Shown here piece by piece: positions 39,008 through 47,486 of a stretch of 64,000 nucleotides of DNA. Each line of letters starts with the position of its first letter. Positions within the stretch are counted from its first letter, which is position 1. The position numbers and the translations under genes are program-made. Under the pieces are notes generated by a model. The model saw only the letters and a list, made by a program, of their open reading frames with translations. It did no database searches and was not told the origin of the DNA. Source of the stretch: a virus. The DNA lies in IMG/VR virus record IMGVR_UViG_3300042397_001844, positions 1 to 64,000 of that record; one strand, written 5' to 3'.

Positions 39008-40299
39008 TAGTTAATTTTATTCAATTTAGGTATTTGCATTTTCGAGCTATTAACCTTTGGTAAATTAAACGGAACTAATTTTGGTTGTGCTTTTACATAA
39101 CTTTCCATTATTTCAATAAATTTATCATTCATCTTATCTAATGTAAAATTATTTAATGTATTAGTTCTCAACCCTTCAGATTTCTTTAAATAAATATCAT
39201 AGTTTTTATAAACATCATAGATTTTATTTGCGGCTGTAGAGTAATTTACACTAAACCATTGTGCTTCTTTCATAAGAAATTGGTCAGCTGCAGATTCATC
39301 TACCGATGTCAAACTACCTTCCAATAAAACAGAATGTTCTGGTGGTAGGAAATCCAATTGTCCACTCCAACCACTAGCTATAATCGGTTTACCGGTCAAA
39401 GTAAACTCAGCCATAGGTCTACCATATCCCTCACCCTTAGCGAATGAAATCATCGATTTAACTTTAGGATGGTGGTATAAGTTACTCATATCACTTTCTT
39501 CCATATCCCCATGTACTAAATAAATAGATGGGCATTTATCACCAAATGTTTTAACTACACTTTCTATTTTTTCACGAGTTGCTTCTCTATCAATTACAGA
39601 AAAACCTGCTGATGATGTTTTGATAATAAGACCAGGTCTTTTATCTTTAGGAGTATGTTGAAATACTGTGGCAAATGTTTTAATTGCCATACCAATATCT
39701 TTTCTATCTTGTCCTAAATTTCCTTTCAACCAATGCCCTACAATTAAGAAGTTAAAATCTTCTTTTACATTTTTTAATATATCCTTACCACTTCCTTTAG
39801 AAAATATATCAGTATCAACTCCTTCAAAAAGAACTTCAATTGGAGTAATTGTTTTAATCTCTCCAACAATCTGTCCACTATCATTATCTTTTTGCTGATA
39901 TACAGTTCCACCTAAATTTTGTTTTGTAAAATTAGATGGTACAATTATCAAATTCATTTTGTTAGAACCATCGATAAAATCCTTTGGTGCTATTGTAGTT
40001 TCAACACCAGCAGTTATACCAATATTATAGTGTCCTTTTGGTTCAAACTCATTTGCTACCGAAACTTGCATAAACACATCCGGCTTTTCAGTTATTTCAG
40101 TAATAACTCTTTCTAACATCCATCTACCAAATTCGCTCTCACCATCAACTTGGTTTTGTGGAGTATTACCCCATCTTAAAGGTATGATTTTAATATCATA
40201 TTTATCCATCTTGCGTAAAGATTTCATTAAATCTCTACAATGGTCACCGTAACCACTACGAGTGAATATAGGTCCTTGAAATACTAATGTTGGTTTCAT
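39007..40299 (-). CDS. GT4-like glycosyltransferase
   Basis: TRSGYG, RKDIG, GEGYGRPMAEF..GWSGQLDF. Confidence 0.88.
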   Translation of the reverse strand: MKPTLVFQGPIFTRSGYGDHCRDLMKSLRKMDKYDIKIIPLRWGNTPQNQVDGESEFGRWMLERVITEITEKPDVFMQVSVANEFEPKGHYNIGITAGVETTIAPKDFIDGSNKMNLIIVPSNFTKQNLGGTVYQQKDNDSGQIVGEIKTITPIEVLFEGVDTDIFSKGSGKDILKNVKEDFNFLIVGHWLKGNLGQDRKDIGMAIKTFATVFQHTPKDKRPGLIIKTSSAGFSVIDREATREKIESVVKTFGDKCPSIYLVHGDMEESDMSNLYHHPKVKSMISFAKGEGYGRPMAEFTLTGKPIIASGWSGQLDFLPPEHSVLLEGSLTSVDESAADQFLMKEAQWFSVNYSTAANKIYDVYKNYDIYLKKSEGLRTNTLNNFTLDKMNDKFIEIMESYVKAQPKLVPFNLPKVNSSKMQIPKLNKIN

Positions 40300-40308
40300 T
40301 TATATAAC

Positions 40309-41691
40309 TTATTTAATTTTAAATACTTCGAATCTTTCTCTTGGTTTCCAATTTTCAAAAACCGATTCGATTCCGTTTTCTAATTGTTGACACATATTCT
40401 TATGTGTTAAACCCATATCGCCCATAAATGCTTCTCTACCTATCAATCCATTTGCTTTACGAACTTCTTTTGGTGTGTTGTACATTTCCTCAATTGCTTC
40501 AGCAACTTCCTCCACATCAACTCTATCATCCCAAATATAAGGTGTTGGTACTGAACCTGCTAATGCTAATGCTCTACTCCATACAGGTTTAACCCAAGGA
40601 CCAGGTTTAGCTTTTTGTTCCCACTTCCTCCACTCATGTAAAGAACCAATTTTAATGTAATCTTCGTGTGTTAATAATTTACCATCAACTTCAAATCCAC
40701 ATTGGTCTTGCAATCCACCAGTTACGTTTACAATGATGGGAGTTCCCGTCATTACCGATTCTGCAGTTGCCAATCCAAATCCTTCGTTGTTAGCAATATT
40801 GATTGTTACATCTGCTATATTGTAAATAAGATTTAATTCTTCTTGAGGTCTTCTCTTTTCAGAAAATATGATATTACAATTAGGTGCTACTGCATCAATT
40901 ACTGCTGGTAAATCAGTTCCATTCTCATCAACAGGTTGTGTGTGCATTACTAATACACATTTATCTGCTTTCTCCTTACCAATCTTATCACAAAACTTTT
41001 GGAAAGCTACGATAACATCAGCTGGTTGTTTTCTACGGATATTTCTATTACTCCAATATAATACGAAGTCATATTCCTTATCACCTAAAATTTCTTTACG
41101 GAACTCAGCAGGTACTTCAGTTGGTTTGTATAAATTAAAATCAATACCATGTGGTACATAATCAATTTGCCAATCTGCTTTTGGTTTCCACGTTGGTTTA
41201 GTATCTAATGCTGATAATCTTTTAATGATACCATATGTTTGACGAGAGATACAACCAATCCAATCACAACTTTCATAGAAGTTACGATTATATAATGGGT
41301 CTGGTAAATCATCCCAAATTGCGTAGAATAAAAGTGGGACATTTTGTCTGATTTCATGTTCGATATCATACAACCATGTCCAATAACGAGGGTCAGTAAA
41401 ATGTACAATTGCATCCGGCTTCTCTGCATTGATTAATTGTCTAATCAAATCAGCGTTACCATACCCATTCCAAGGTAAAATCTTTACATTAGCATCAGCG
41501 ATACCATATCTTTCTTGGATATCTTGGCTAACATCTAAAACCTTTCCTGCTTCGGGGTGATTAATTGCGGCTCCTACTTGAAACCAATCATATTTGTGTG
41601 CAGTTCCCAATACTAATTCTTTGGAAACGGTGGCAATACCACTTGCCATTCTTAAGTCATCTGATAATAACAGAATTTTCTTTTTTGCCAT
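40309..41691 (-). CDS. GT4-like glycosyltransferase
   Basis: PHGID, NRNIRRKQ, NEGFGLATAES..TGGLQDQ. Confidence 0.9.
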   Translation of the reverse strand: MAKKKILLLSDDLRMASGIATVSKELVLGTAHKYDWFQVGAAINHPEAGKVLDVSQDIQERYGIADANVKILPWNGYGNADLIRQLINAEKPDAIVHFTDPRYWTWLYDIEHEIRQNVPLLFYAIWDDLPDPLYNRNFYESCDWIGCISRQTYGIIKRLSALDTKPTWKPKADWQIDYVPHGIDFNLYKPTEVPAEFRKEILGDKEYDFVLYWSNRNIRRKQPADVIVAFQKFCDKIGKEKADKCVLVMHTQPVDENGTDLPAVIDAVAPNCNIIFSEKRRPQEELNLIYNIADVTINIANNEGFGLATAESVMTGTPIIVNVTGGLQDQCGFEVDGKLLTHEDYIKIGSLHEWRKWEQKAKPGPWVKPVWSRALALAGSVPTPYIWDDRVDVEEVAEAIEEMYNTPKEVRKANGLIGREAFMGDMGLTHKNMCQQLENGIESVFENWKPRERFEVFKIK

Positions 41692-41706
41692 AACTTATTT
41701 GTGTTG

Positions 41707-41907
41707 TTAAAATTGTGAACCTGAAATTTGTAATTTTAAGTATTCGTTCATTGATTCCCTAAATTCGATATCTGTTACATATCTCTCCACAGTCCTATTA
41801 ACTAGCTTTTGAAGTGTAACATCCGAAGTAAAGGAAACCTTTTTGAAACTTGAATATACATCTTTAAGTATTTTCACAGTTGTCAATTTTGTGTTTTCTT
41901 GATTCAT
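41707..41907 (-). CDS. small ribbon-helix-helix-like protein
   Basis: KLTTVKI beta strand followed by two helices. Confidence 0.5.
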   Translation of the reverse strand: MNQENTKLTTVKILKDVYSSFKKVSFTSDVTLQKLVNRTVERYVTDIEFRESMNEYLKLQISGSQF

Positions 41908-41959
41908 TGTTTATATATTTATATATATAAGTATAATGATTTAAAAAAAACATAAATTT

Positions 41960-42832
41960 TTATTTTGTAGCTTTTTTATCACATATTCCCCTATTTCCAA
42001 ACTCACAAAACTTACAATTCTTTTTTGCTGCACCAGGTACTTTTGGGAATTCGATATCTTTAAACGTACCACCATCATCAAATACAGTATTGATAAATTC
42101 CATAAATTCATCATATACTTTTTTAACAGATGGAGAACCATGTGCTGGAATATGCTTAGATACATGTGGTACTGGAAATGCCGAATCTTCGGGCAATTTT
42201 CTACGAAGTATCTGATACTCTACTTTAATCTTTTGTAATGGAATATTAAATAACTCTGAATAATACTTTTTGTATAATAGTATTTGTGAGTTCTTCATCT
42301 TATCAGCTTTTTGATACTGATTCCATCCCATAGTGGATGTCTTTAAATCTATAATAATGATTTCGTTTGATGCCAAATCTCTAATAACAATATCGATAAA
42401 TCCAATAAAATGTACACCCTCTTTAATGGTTGCGTTTAATGGAATCTCAATACCCACTAATTCAAATCCACTCTTTGAGTAAAATTTGTGCATATGTTTA
42501 TCCAACCATTGTAGAATACGTCTACCATCACCATAAAATTCTTCTAATTGAATTTGAGTACAAGGAGTTCCTTCGCTCATTTTATCAGCTTCACTTTTAT
42601 AAGCTTCTCTCATTTTTTCCAATAAGAGCTTGTCTTTGTTGATTTCATCTGCTTGCTTTTTAGAAACACCATACATAACCGAAAGGTAATGTTGGATAGT
42701 TTCGTGCATAGCAGTTCCAAAGATTGTATGGATATTAGATGAACTTTCACCTAATTTATCTATGTAGTTTAATTTGTATTGATGTGGACATGAACTCCAC
42801 ATACTATATTGTGAAAATGATACTTTAGCCAT
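41960..42832 (-). CDS. PD-(D/E)XK (RecB/Cas4-like) nuclease
   Basis: SFSQ..CP, GTAMHE, GFIDIV, IDLKTS, QxxxY, C-terminal CKFCEF..C. Confidence 0.85.
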   Translation of the reverse strand: MAKVSFSQYSMWSSCPHQYKLNYIDKLGESSSNIHTIFGTAMHETIQHYLSVMYGVSKKQADEINKDKLLLEKMREAYKSEADKMSEGTPCTQIQLEEFYGDGRRILQWLDKHMHKFYSKSGFELVGIEIPLNATIKEGVHFIGFIDIVIRDLASNEIIIIDLKTSTMGWNQYQKADKMKNSQILLYKKYYSELFNIPLQKIKVEYQILRRKLPEDSAFPVPHVSKHIPAHGSPSVKKVYDEFMEFINTVFDDGGTFKDIEFPKVPGAAKKNCKFCEFGNRGICDKKATK

Positions 42833-42849
42833 TATGTTGTTTTATTGTA

Positions 42850-42881
42850 TAAAGATACGAAAAATACCCGAGTTTACCAAA
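42850..42881 (-). promoter_or_regulatory. Bacteroidota-type promoter
   Basis: TTTG-N20-TATCTTTA. Confidence 0.65.
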
Positions 42882-43331
42882 TTAAACTTTTAGTTTTAAC
42901 TTAGTTATTTGCTTTGGGTCAGTACCATAATTCTCTGCAATTTCCTTAATATGCATCTTACCGCTGGTGGTTTCGTAAAGGATTTTAAGATAATCCTCTG
43001 CTTCAGTTAAAGATACTTCGTATTGTCTTGCTACCAATTCAATAATCCAATCTTCATATTTTTCAGATGAAGCTGGTTTCATATATTTTAAAAATGCTCT
43101 TGTCTTTGGAATTAATCCTATCAAACATAAATACATCGCTTTAGGAGGTGCCTCCTGTATGTAAGGTTGTATATCTGCAATCAATTCTATCCATTCGGGT
43201 TTCATAGAAAGAAAACGGAGTATCATATAGTTACTCCATGTCTTTTTATCACTTTCATCAAGTGTGTCCCAATACTTTGGGTCTTTCTTATCCGTAATTG
43301 CGTTTAGATGGTCGAATAATGTTTTAGCCAT
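42882..43331 (-). CDS. clamp-loader small subunit (T4 gp62-like)
   Basis: LFDHLNAI..YMILRFLSM; close to the RFC-like ATPase. Confidence 0.65.
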   Translation of the reverse strand: MAKTLFDHLNAITDKKDPKYWDTLDESDKKTWSNYMILRFLSMKPEWIELIADIQPYIQEAPPKAMYLCLIGLIPKTRAFLKYMKPASSEKYEDWIIELVARQYEVSLTEAEDYLKILYETTSGKMHIKEIAENYGTDPKQITKLKLKV

Positions 43332-43332
43332 A

Positions 43333-43599
43333 TTATGCTTCTTCTTCTACTTTTAAACCCGGAGGTAATAATTCATTAAGTACTTCACCACAATCTCCAC
43401 AAAGGAATAGTTCAACCGGCAGTACTTCATCTTTTGGTTTACCAGTTAATAACTTTGAAATTCTACGGAATCCAAAACCTTGTACGAAAATCTCACCACC
43501 ACATTTCTTACATCCGATTGCTTCGGTTTTTTCTAATGAAACTGCTTTTTCTTCTTGTCCTCCGATTGGTTGCCCACCTGCTCCTAAAATGTTTGCCAT
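43333..43599 (-). CDS. small zinc-ribbon protein
   Basis: CKKCG..CGDCG. Confidence 0.65.
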   Translation of the reverse strand: MANILGAGGQPIGGQEEKAVSLEKTEAIGCKKCGGEIFVQGFGFRRISKLLTGKPKDEVLPVELFLCGDCGEVLNELLPPGLKVEEEA

Positions 43600-44540
43600 T
43601 ATATAATATTTAAAATTTGAATTAATGTAGCTGCTGCTGGAATTTCTTTATCAATTGCTACTGCTGATTTGTTTACTCCATCGCCTAATAGTAAGATTAC
43701 ATTTGCCGTATTTTCTCCTGCATACTCATCTACCTTATCATATAACATTGTATATAAATCGGTAAAGTCAGTAACTTTAGAATCAATAAGAGCCTGTCTT
43801 ACTTTCATATATTTGTTTCTCTTATCATCCGAAGATTTTAAGATATCAATAATTTTATTTCTATAATCATTCTCTAATAGATTTTGTACATCCACTTTCA
43901 ACTTACCTTTGTTGGAGTTCAATTGACAAGTATTAATAATCTTACGAATATCAGGATACGATGCGTCAATGATTGGAACTAAATCCTTAACTTCAAATTC
44001 AATCTCCTCATTCTTTAAGATTTTACTAATTTGCATAGCAACATCTTTTTTAGTTGGAGGTACGATTTGAAATGATTGACATCTACTTTGAATCGGGTCA
44101 ATTACTTTCTCAACATAGTTACAAGTTAATATGAAACGGCAATGTGCTGAAAATGTTTCCATTAAGTTTCTTAAGATAGCTTGTGCGTTGTGAGTCATAT
44201 AATCAAACTCATCCAATATAATAATCTTAAATGGTTTGAATCCCATTGAAGATGCAAAGTTAGTTACTTTGTTTCTTACGGTATCCACATTGTTCTCCGA
44301 AGATGCATTGATAATCATATAATCACATTCAATTGATTTTATAATTAACTTTGCTAATGTAGTTTTACCAGTACCGGCTTTTCCGTACAAAAGTAAATGT
44401 GGAATTTCGCCTGTTTCTAAGTAACCTTCTACTTTTGATTTTAGATGTTCATTACCTACATAATCAACAAGCTTTGTTGGGCGATACTTCTCTACCCACA
44501 AATTATTATTTACTTTTTCTTCCGATTGTTCTATAAACAT
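43599..44540 (-). CDS. clamp-loader ATPase (gp44/RFC-like)
   Basis: WVEKYRP, GKAGTGKT, LDEFD, SRC. Confidence 0.93.
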   Translation of the reverse strand: MFIEQSEEKVNNNLWVEKYRPTKLVDYVGNEHLKSKVEGYLETGEIPHLLLYGKAGTGKTTLAKLIIKSIECDYMIINASSENNVDTVRNKVTNFASSMGFKPFKIIILDEFDYMTHNAQAILRNLMETFSAHCRFILTCNYVEKVIDPIQSRCQSFQIVPPTKKDVAMQISKILKNEEIEFEVKDLVPIIDASYPDIRKIINTCQLNSNKGKLKVDVQNLLENDYRNKIIDILKSSDDKRNKYMKVRQALIDSKVTDFTDLYTMLYDKVDEYAGENTANVILLLGDGVNKSAVAIDKEIPAAATLIQILNII

Positions 44541-44550
44541 ATTTTATTTT

Positions 44551-44970
44551 TTATTTTCCAGTTGAACCAAATCCACCATCACCCCTTTCAGTATCCGATA
44601 ACTCAGCTACTTCATCAAACTCAATTGGAGGATGTGGAATAATCATAATTTGTGCACCTCTATCACCAACTTCATATTTAGGCCTAAATCCAGTTGTTTT
44701 AAAGGTAGCTTGTAATTCACCTCTATATCCACTATCAATTACACCAACTGAATTTGATAAAATTAAATCAGTTTTTCTAATAGATGAACGAGGGAATACT
44801 AATCCTACAAATCCATAAGGAATTTCAAGTGCAATACCAAATCCATAAGTAATATCTCCCTCACTTCTAGCAATGATAGATGTAATAACTAAATCCATTC
44901 CAGCATCACCATCTTTTGCATATGATGGGATTACTGCATTTTCATTAAGCTTCTTTATTCGTACTTTCAT
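44551..44970 (-). CDS. dut: dUTPase
   Basis: AGMDL, PRSS, GVIDSGYRGE, RGDGGFGSTG. Confidence 0.95.
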   Translation of the reverse strand: MKVRIKKLNENAVIPSYAKDGDAGMDLVITSIIARSEGDITYGFGIALEIPYGFVGLVFPRSSIRKTDLILSNSVGVIDSGYRGELQATFKTTGFRPKYEVGDRGAQIMIIPHPPIEFDEVAELSDTERGDGGFGSTGK

Positions 44971-45301
44971 TTTCTAAATTTTGTTTTACTAATTCAGCTT
45001 GCTTTGTTTGAAACTCTCTCATTTCTTTACCTTCTTTGGAAAGTTCTCTAGCAAATAATTTAAATTTCTTACCAGTTTCTCTGTTTGTAAACGAGATGTA
45101 AGCATCTTTTGTGTTACTAACCGTAAATGTAACTGTTGGGTCTTCATCTGTCATATCTTCACTAGTCCAAGCAAAGATTTGTGGTTCATCTTCATCAAAC
45201 TGAAATACCCATTCACATTGTTCTAACTTTTCAGGTGGTGTCATTTTTATTTCACCAATTGGTTCTAATTTTTCTTCTTTTGTTTTTTTAGCCTTTGCCA
45301 T
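44945..45301 (-). CDS. hypothetical protein
   Basis: 118-aa ORF in operon. Confidence 0.6.
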   Translation of the reverse strand: MAKAKKTKEEKLEPIGEIKMTPPEKLEQCEWVFQFDEDEPQIFAWTSEDMTDEDPTVTFTVSNTKDAYISFTNRETGKKFKLFARELSKEGKEMREFQTKQAELVKQNLENESTNKEA

Positions 45302-45318
45302 AATTTTTCTTTTTATTT

Positions 45319-46530
45319 TTATCTCCCTACTTCTGATAGGTATTTAGCTTTCATTTCTTCCCAACTAATTCCAATAGCATCTATATAGAATAAGTGTTCG
45401 GGTTTAATTCTTCCTTCATCGTGTAGTTTTGTATATCTACTGATTGCATGTTTCTTCCACCATTTGTTAATGTATTCAGTACCTTGCTTAAACTTATTTT
45501 TGATGATTAATTTATCTTCGGTAATTTCGTTACGAAGAAATTCATTTCCATTCTCATACATCATAGCTAAGTACACACCTCTTTTAAATCCGTGATGATA
45601 TTCAGTTGCCTTAATACCACACTCTTTGAATATCTTACCTAATATCTTTTGTTTGATACCACTAACAGGTCCGTTTCTTTCATAACCCATATTAGCTCCA
45701 TTACGGGCTCTTTCTTCGGTAATGTTTTCGGAATACCATTCTGCATGATTTTCTTTAATCCATTGATGCCACGGGTCATAGAATTTATCATCCGGCTTCA
45801 AACTAATCTTACCAGCCGATTCACCTAAAGTTTTGAATAAGGGGATACCATTATATTGAGAGTGAATACCATATAAAGATGTTGTACCTACTGCAATCAA
45901 TATATTCTTATACTTCTCTTTCCAATAGTTTCTAACTTCAGGTACAGTAGTCATCATAGCGATTAATTTACCACCTAAAAAGTTATAACCTAATGGTTGA
46001 GTACATACAATAGTAGAAGCAATAGTAGTGTTGTTTAACTTACCATCAACAAACTTATTATCTTTAGTCCAACCAATGAAGTTATCTCTAACTCCCATAG
46101 CGGTTACATCGGATGCTAATGAAATTTGTCCTAATAGTTTTCCACTCACTCTATCCTTTACATTAATCTTTACATTACGGCCAGGGTTTGCTGTAAAATC
46201 CATTGTGTGAATCATACGTCTTACCGCTGCCCATTTAGTAGATTCTTTTGGGTCATCCACAATCTCAACGTAAGGGTCTAACGATTCAATTTCTTTTATC
46301 GTTAGCTCCTTATTGTTGATATCAGTTGGTTTCCATTGAGAATCATAATAAGATGCTATTTGGGCTTTTGCTTGAATCATTGTAGGTTCTTGCAATTCTA
46401 CCCACTTCTTATACAAAGTTTGTTCTTGTACAGACATTGTCATAAGGTAATCCATATTTTCTATTAACTTTGATTTTTCAGATTCAAAGTCAAAGACAGG
46501 TTTTTGTGGTTCAGTATCCCAAAAGCTCAT
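45319..46530 (-). CDS. DUF4338/DruA-like protein
   Basis: PGRNVK..GKLLGQISLAS..RDNFIGW, PLGYNFLGGKLIAM, TTSLYG..SQYN..LGESAG. Confidence 0.65.
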   Translation of the reverse strand: MSFWDTEPQKPVFDFESEKSKLIENMDYLMTMSVQEQTLYKKWVELQEPTMIQAKAQIASYYDSQWKPTDINNKELTIKEIESLDPYVEIVDDPKESTKWAAVRRMIHTMDFTANPGRNVKINVKDRVSGKLLGQISLASDVTAMGVRDNFIGWTKDNKFVDGKLNNTTIASTIVCTQPLGYNFLGGKLIAMMTTVPEVRNYWKEKYKNILIAVGTTSLYGIHSQYNGIPLFKTLGESAGKISLKPDDKFYDPWHQWIKENHAEWYSENITEERARNGANMGYERNGPVSGIKQKILGKIFKECGIKATEYHHGFKRGVYLAMMYENGNEFLRNEITEDKLIIKNKFKQGTEYINKWWKKHAISRYTKLHDEGRIKPEHLFYIDAIGISWEEMKAKYLSEVGR

Positions 46531-46536
46531 ATTATA

Positions 46537-46716
46537 TTATTTTACGATTGCTCTAATTTGATTAGTTTCTATTGATGGTACATAAATGTATATCTCCTTA
46601 CCAGCATTTTCAATAAGAAATTTTTCTAAATTCAAATTCCATGTTTCAGTTTGATATAACTTACCATCTATTTCAAATACAGGTTCACTTATTAATTTAT
46701 AATGTTGGTTTGCCAT
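46537..46716 (-). CDS. 59-aa hypothetical protein (absent from ORF track)
   Basis: ATG 46716 to TAA, MANQHYKLISEPVFEIDG...; fills the gap between flanking genes almost exactly. Confidence 0.65.
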   Translation of the reverse strand: MANQHYKLISEPVFEIDGKLYQTETWNLNLEKFLIENAGKEIYIYVPSIETNQIRAIVK

Positions 46717-46717
46717 A

Positions 46718-47413
46718 TTACTTAATTTCTACTAAATAGTAATTTGAAGTGTAGTCACCATCAACGAATGCTACGTGCGATAATCCCTTAGATGAGATTT
46801 TCAATGAAGATGATTTAGAACCTTTGTTAGCCATTAAGATAGCTTTCAAATACTTTGCAGAAAATGCAATTGGTTCAATATCTTCTTTAGCAGTTGCTTC
46901 TACTGCAATTGAAATTCGGTTTGAGTTGATTGAAGAATATCCTAAGATAATTTCAGCTTTACCAGCCTTAACCGTAAATGTGAATGTATCTGAATCAGAT
47001 AATACACCTTTTGATTTGATGAACTTATTTACAAAGTCATCATCTAAGCTTACTTCCGTATCAAATGAAGGTAATGCTTTTAAATCAGGTACTGCAGGAA
47101 TCACCGATGGTGCTGCTAACATATATTGTACCTTTGTTTTCTTATCAGAAAACTTCAATGCTCCAGTAACTTCTTCTACTGCAATTGTGTCATCCAATAC
47201 ACTCAATAATCCTTTTAATTGAGATGTAGTGTAAATACCAAACTCACCGCTTGGAAATTCACCACCTACTACTGTAACATCACCTAATAAGGTTTTGTCA
47301 TCTGAAATCATTCTTACCGATAAGTTCTTGTCATCGGATTTTACCATAACGGATTCAATCTCACCACCTAAGTTGTAACGATTTACGAAACCATCAAATT
47401 TGCTTTTGTTCAT
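46718..47413 (-). CDS. sliding clamp (gp45-like)
   Basis: EFGIY, size of about 230 aa, next to PolB; start at ATG 47413 downstream of the promoter. Confidence 0.75.
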   Translation of the reverse strand: MNKSKFDGFVNRYNLGGEIESVMVKSDDKNLSVRMISDDKTLLGDVTVVGGEFPSGEFGIYTTSQLKGLLSVLDDTIAVEEVTGALKFSDKKTKVQYMLAAPSVIPAVPDLKALPSFDTEVSLDDDFVNKFIKSKGVLSDSDTFTFTVKAGKAEIILGYSSINSNRISIAVEATAKEDIEPIAFSAKYLKAILMANKGSKSSSLKISSKGLSHVAFVDGDYTSNYYLVEIK

Positions 47414-47449
47414 AATTGAAATTTTAAATTTATGTTTTAATTTGTTATA

Positions 47450-47481
47450 CAAATATACGAAAAATACCTGAAACTACCAAA
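47450..47481 (-). promoter_or_regulatory. Bacteroidota-type promoter
   Basis: TTTG-N20-TATATTTG. Confidence 0.75.
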
Positions 47482-47486
47482 TATTC

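Noticed and set aside
41960-42832. Cas4-like nuclease as part of a CRISPR system
   Set aside because: No array or other cas genes; solo PD-(D/E)XK nucleases are common in phage replication blocks
45319-46530. Complete Druantia defence system
   Set aside because: No DruE-like helicase or other partner genes in the window
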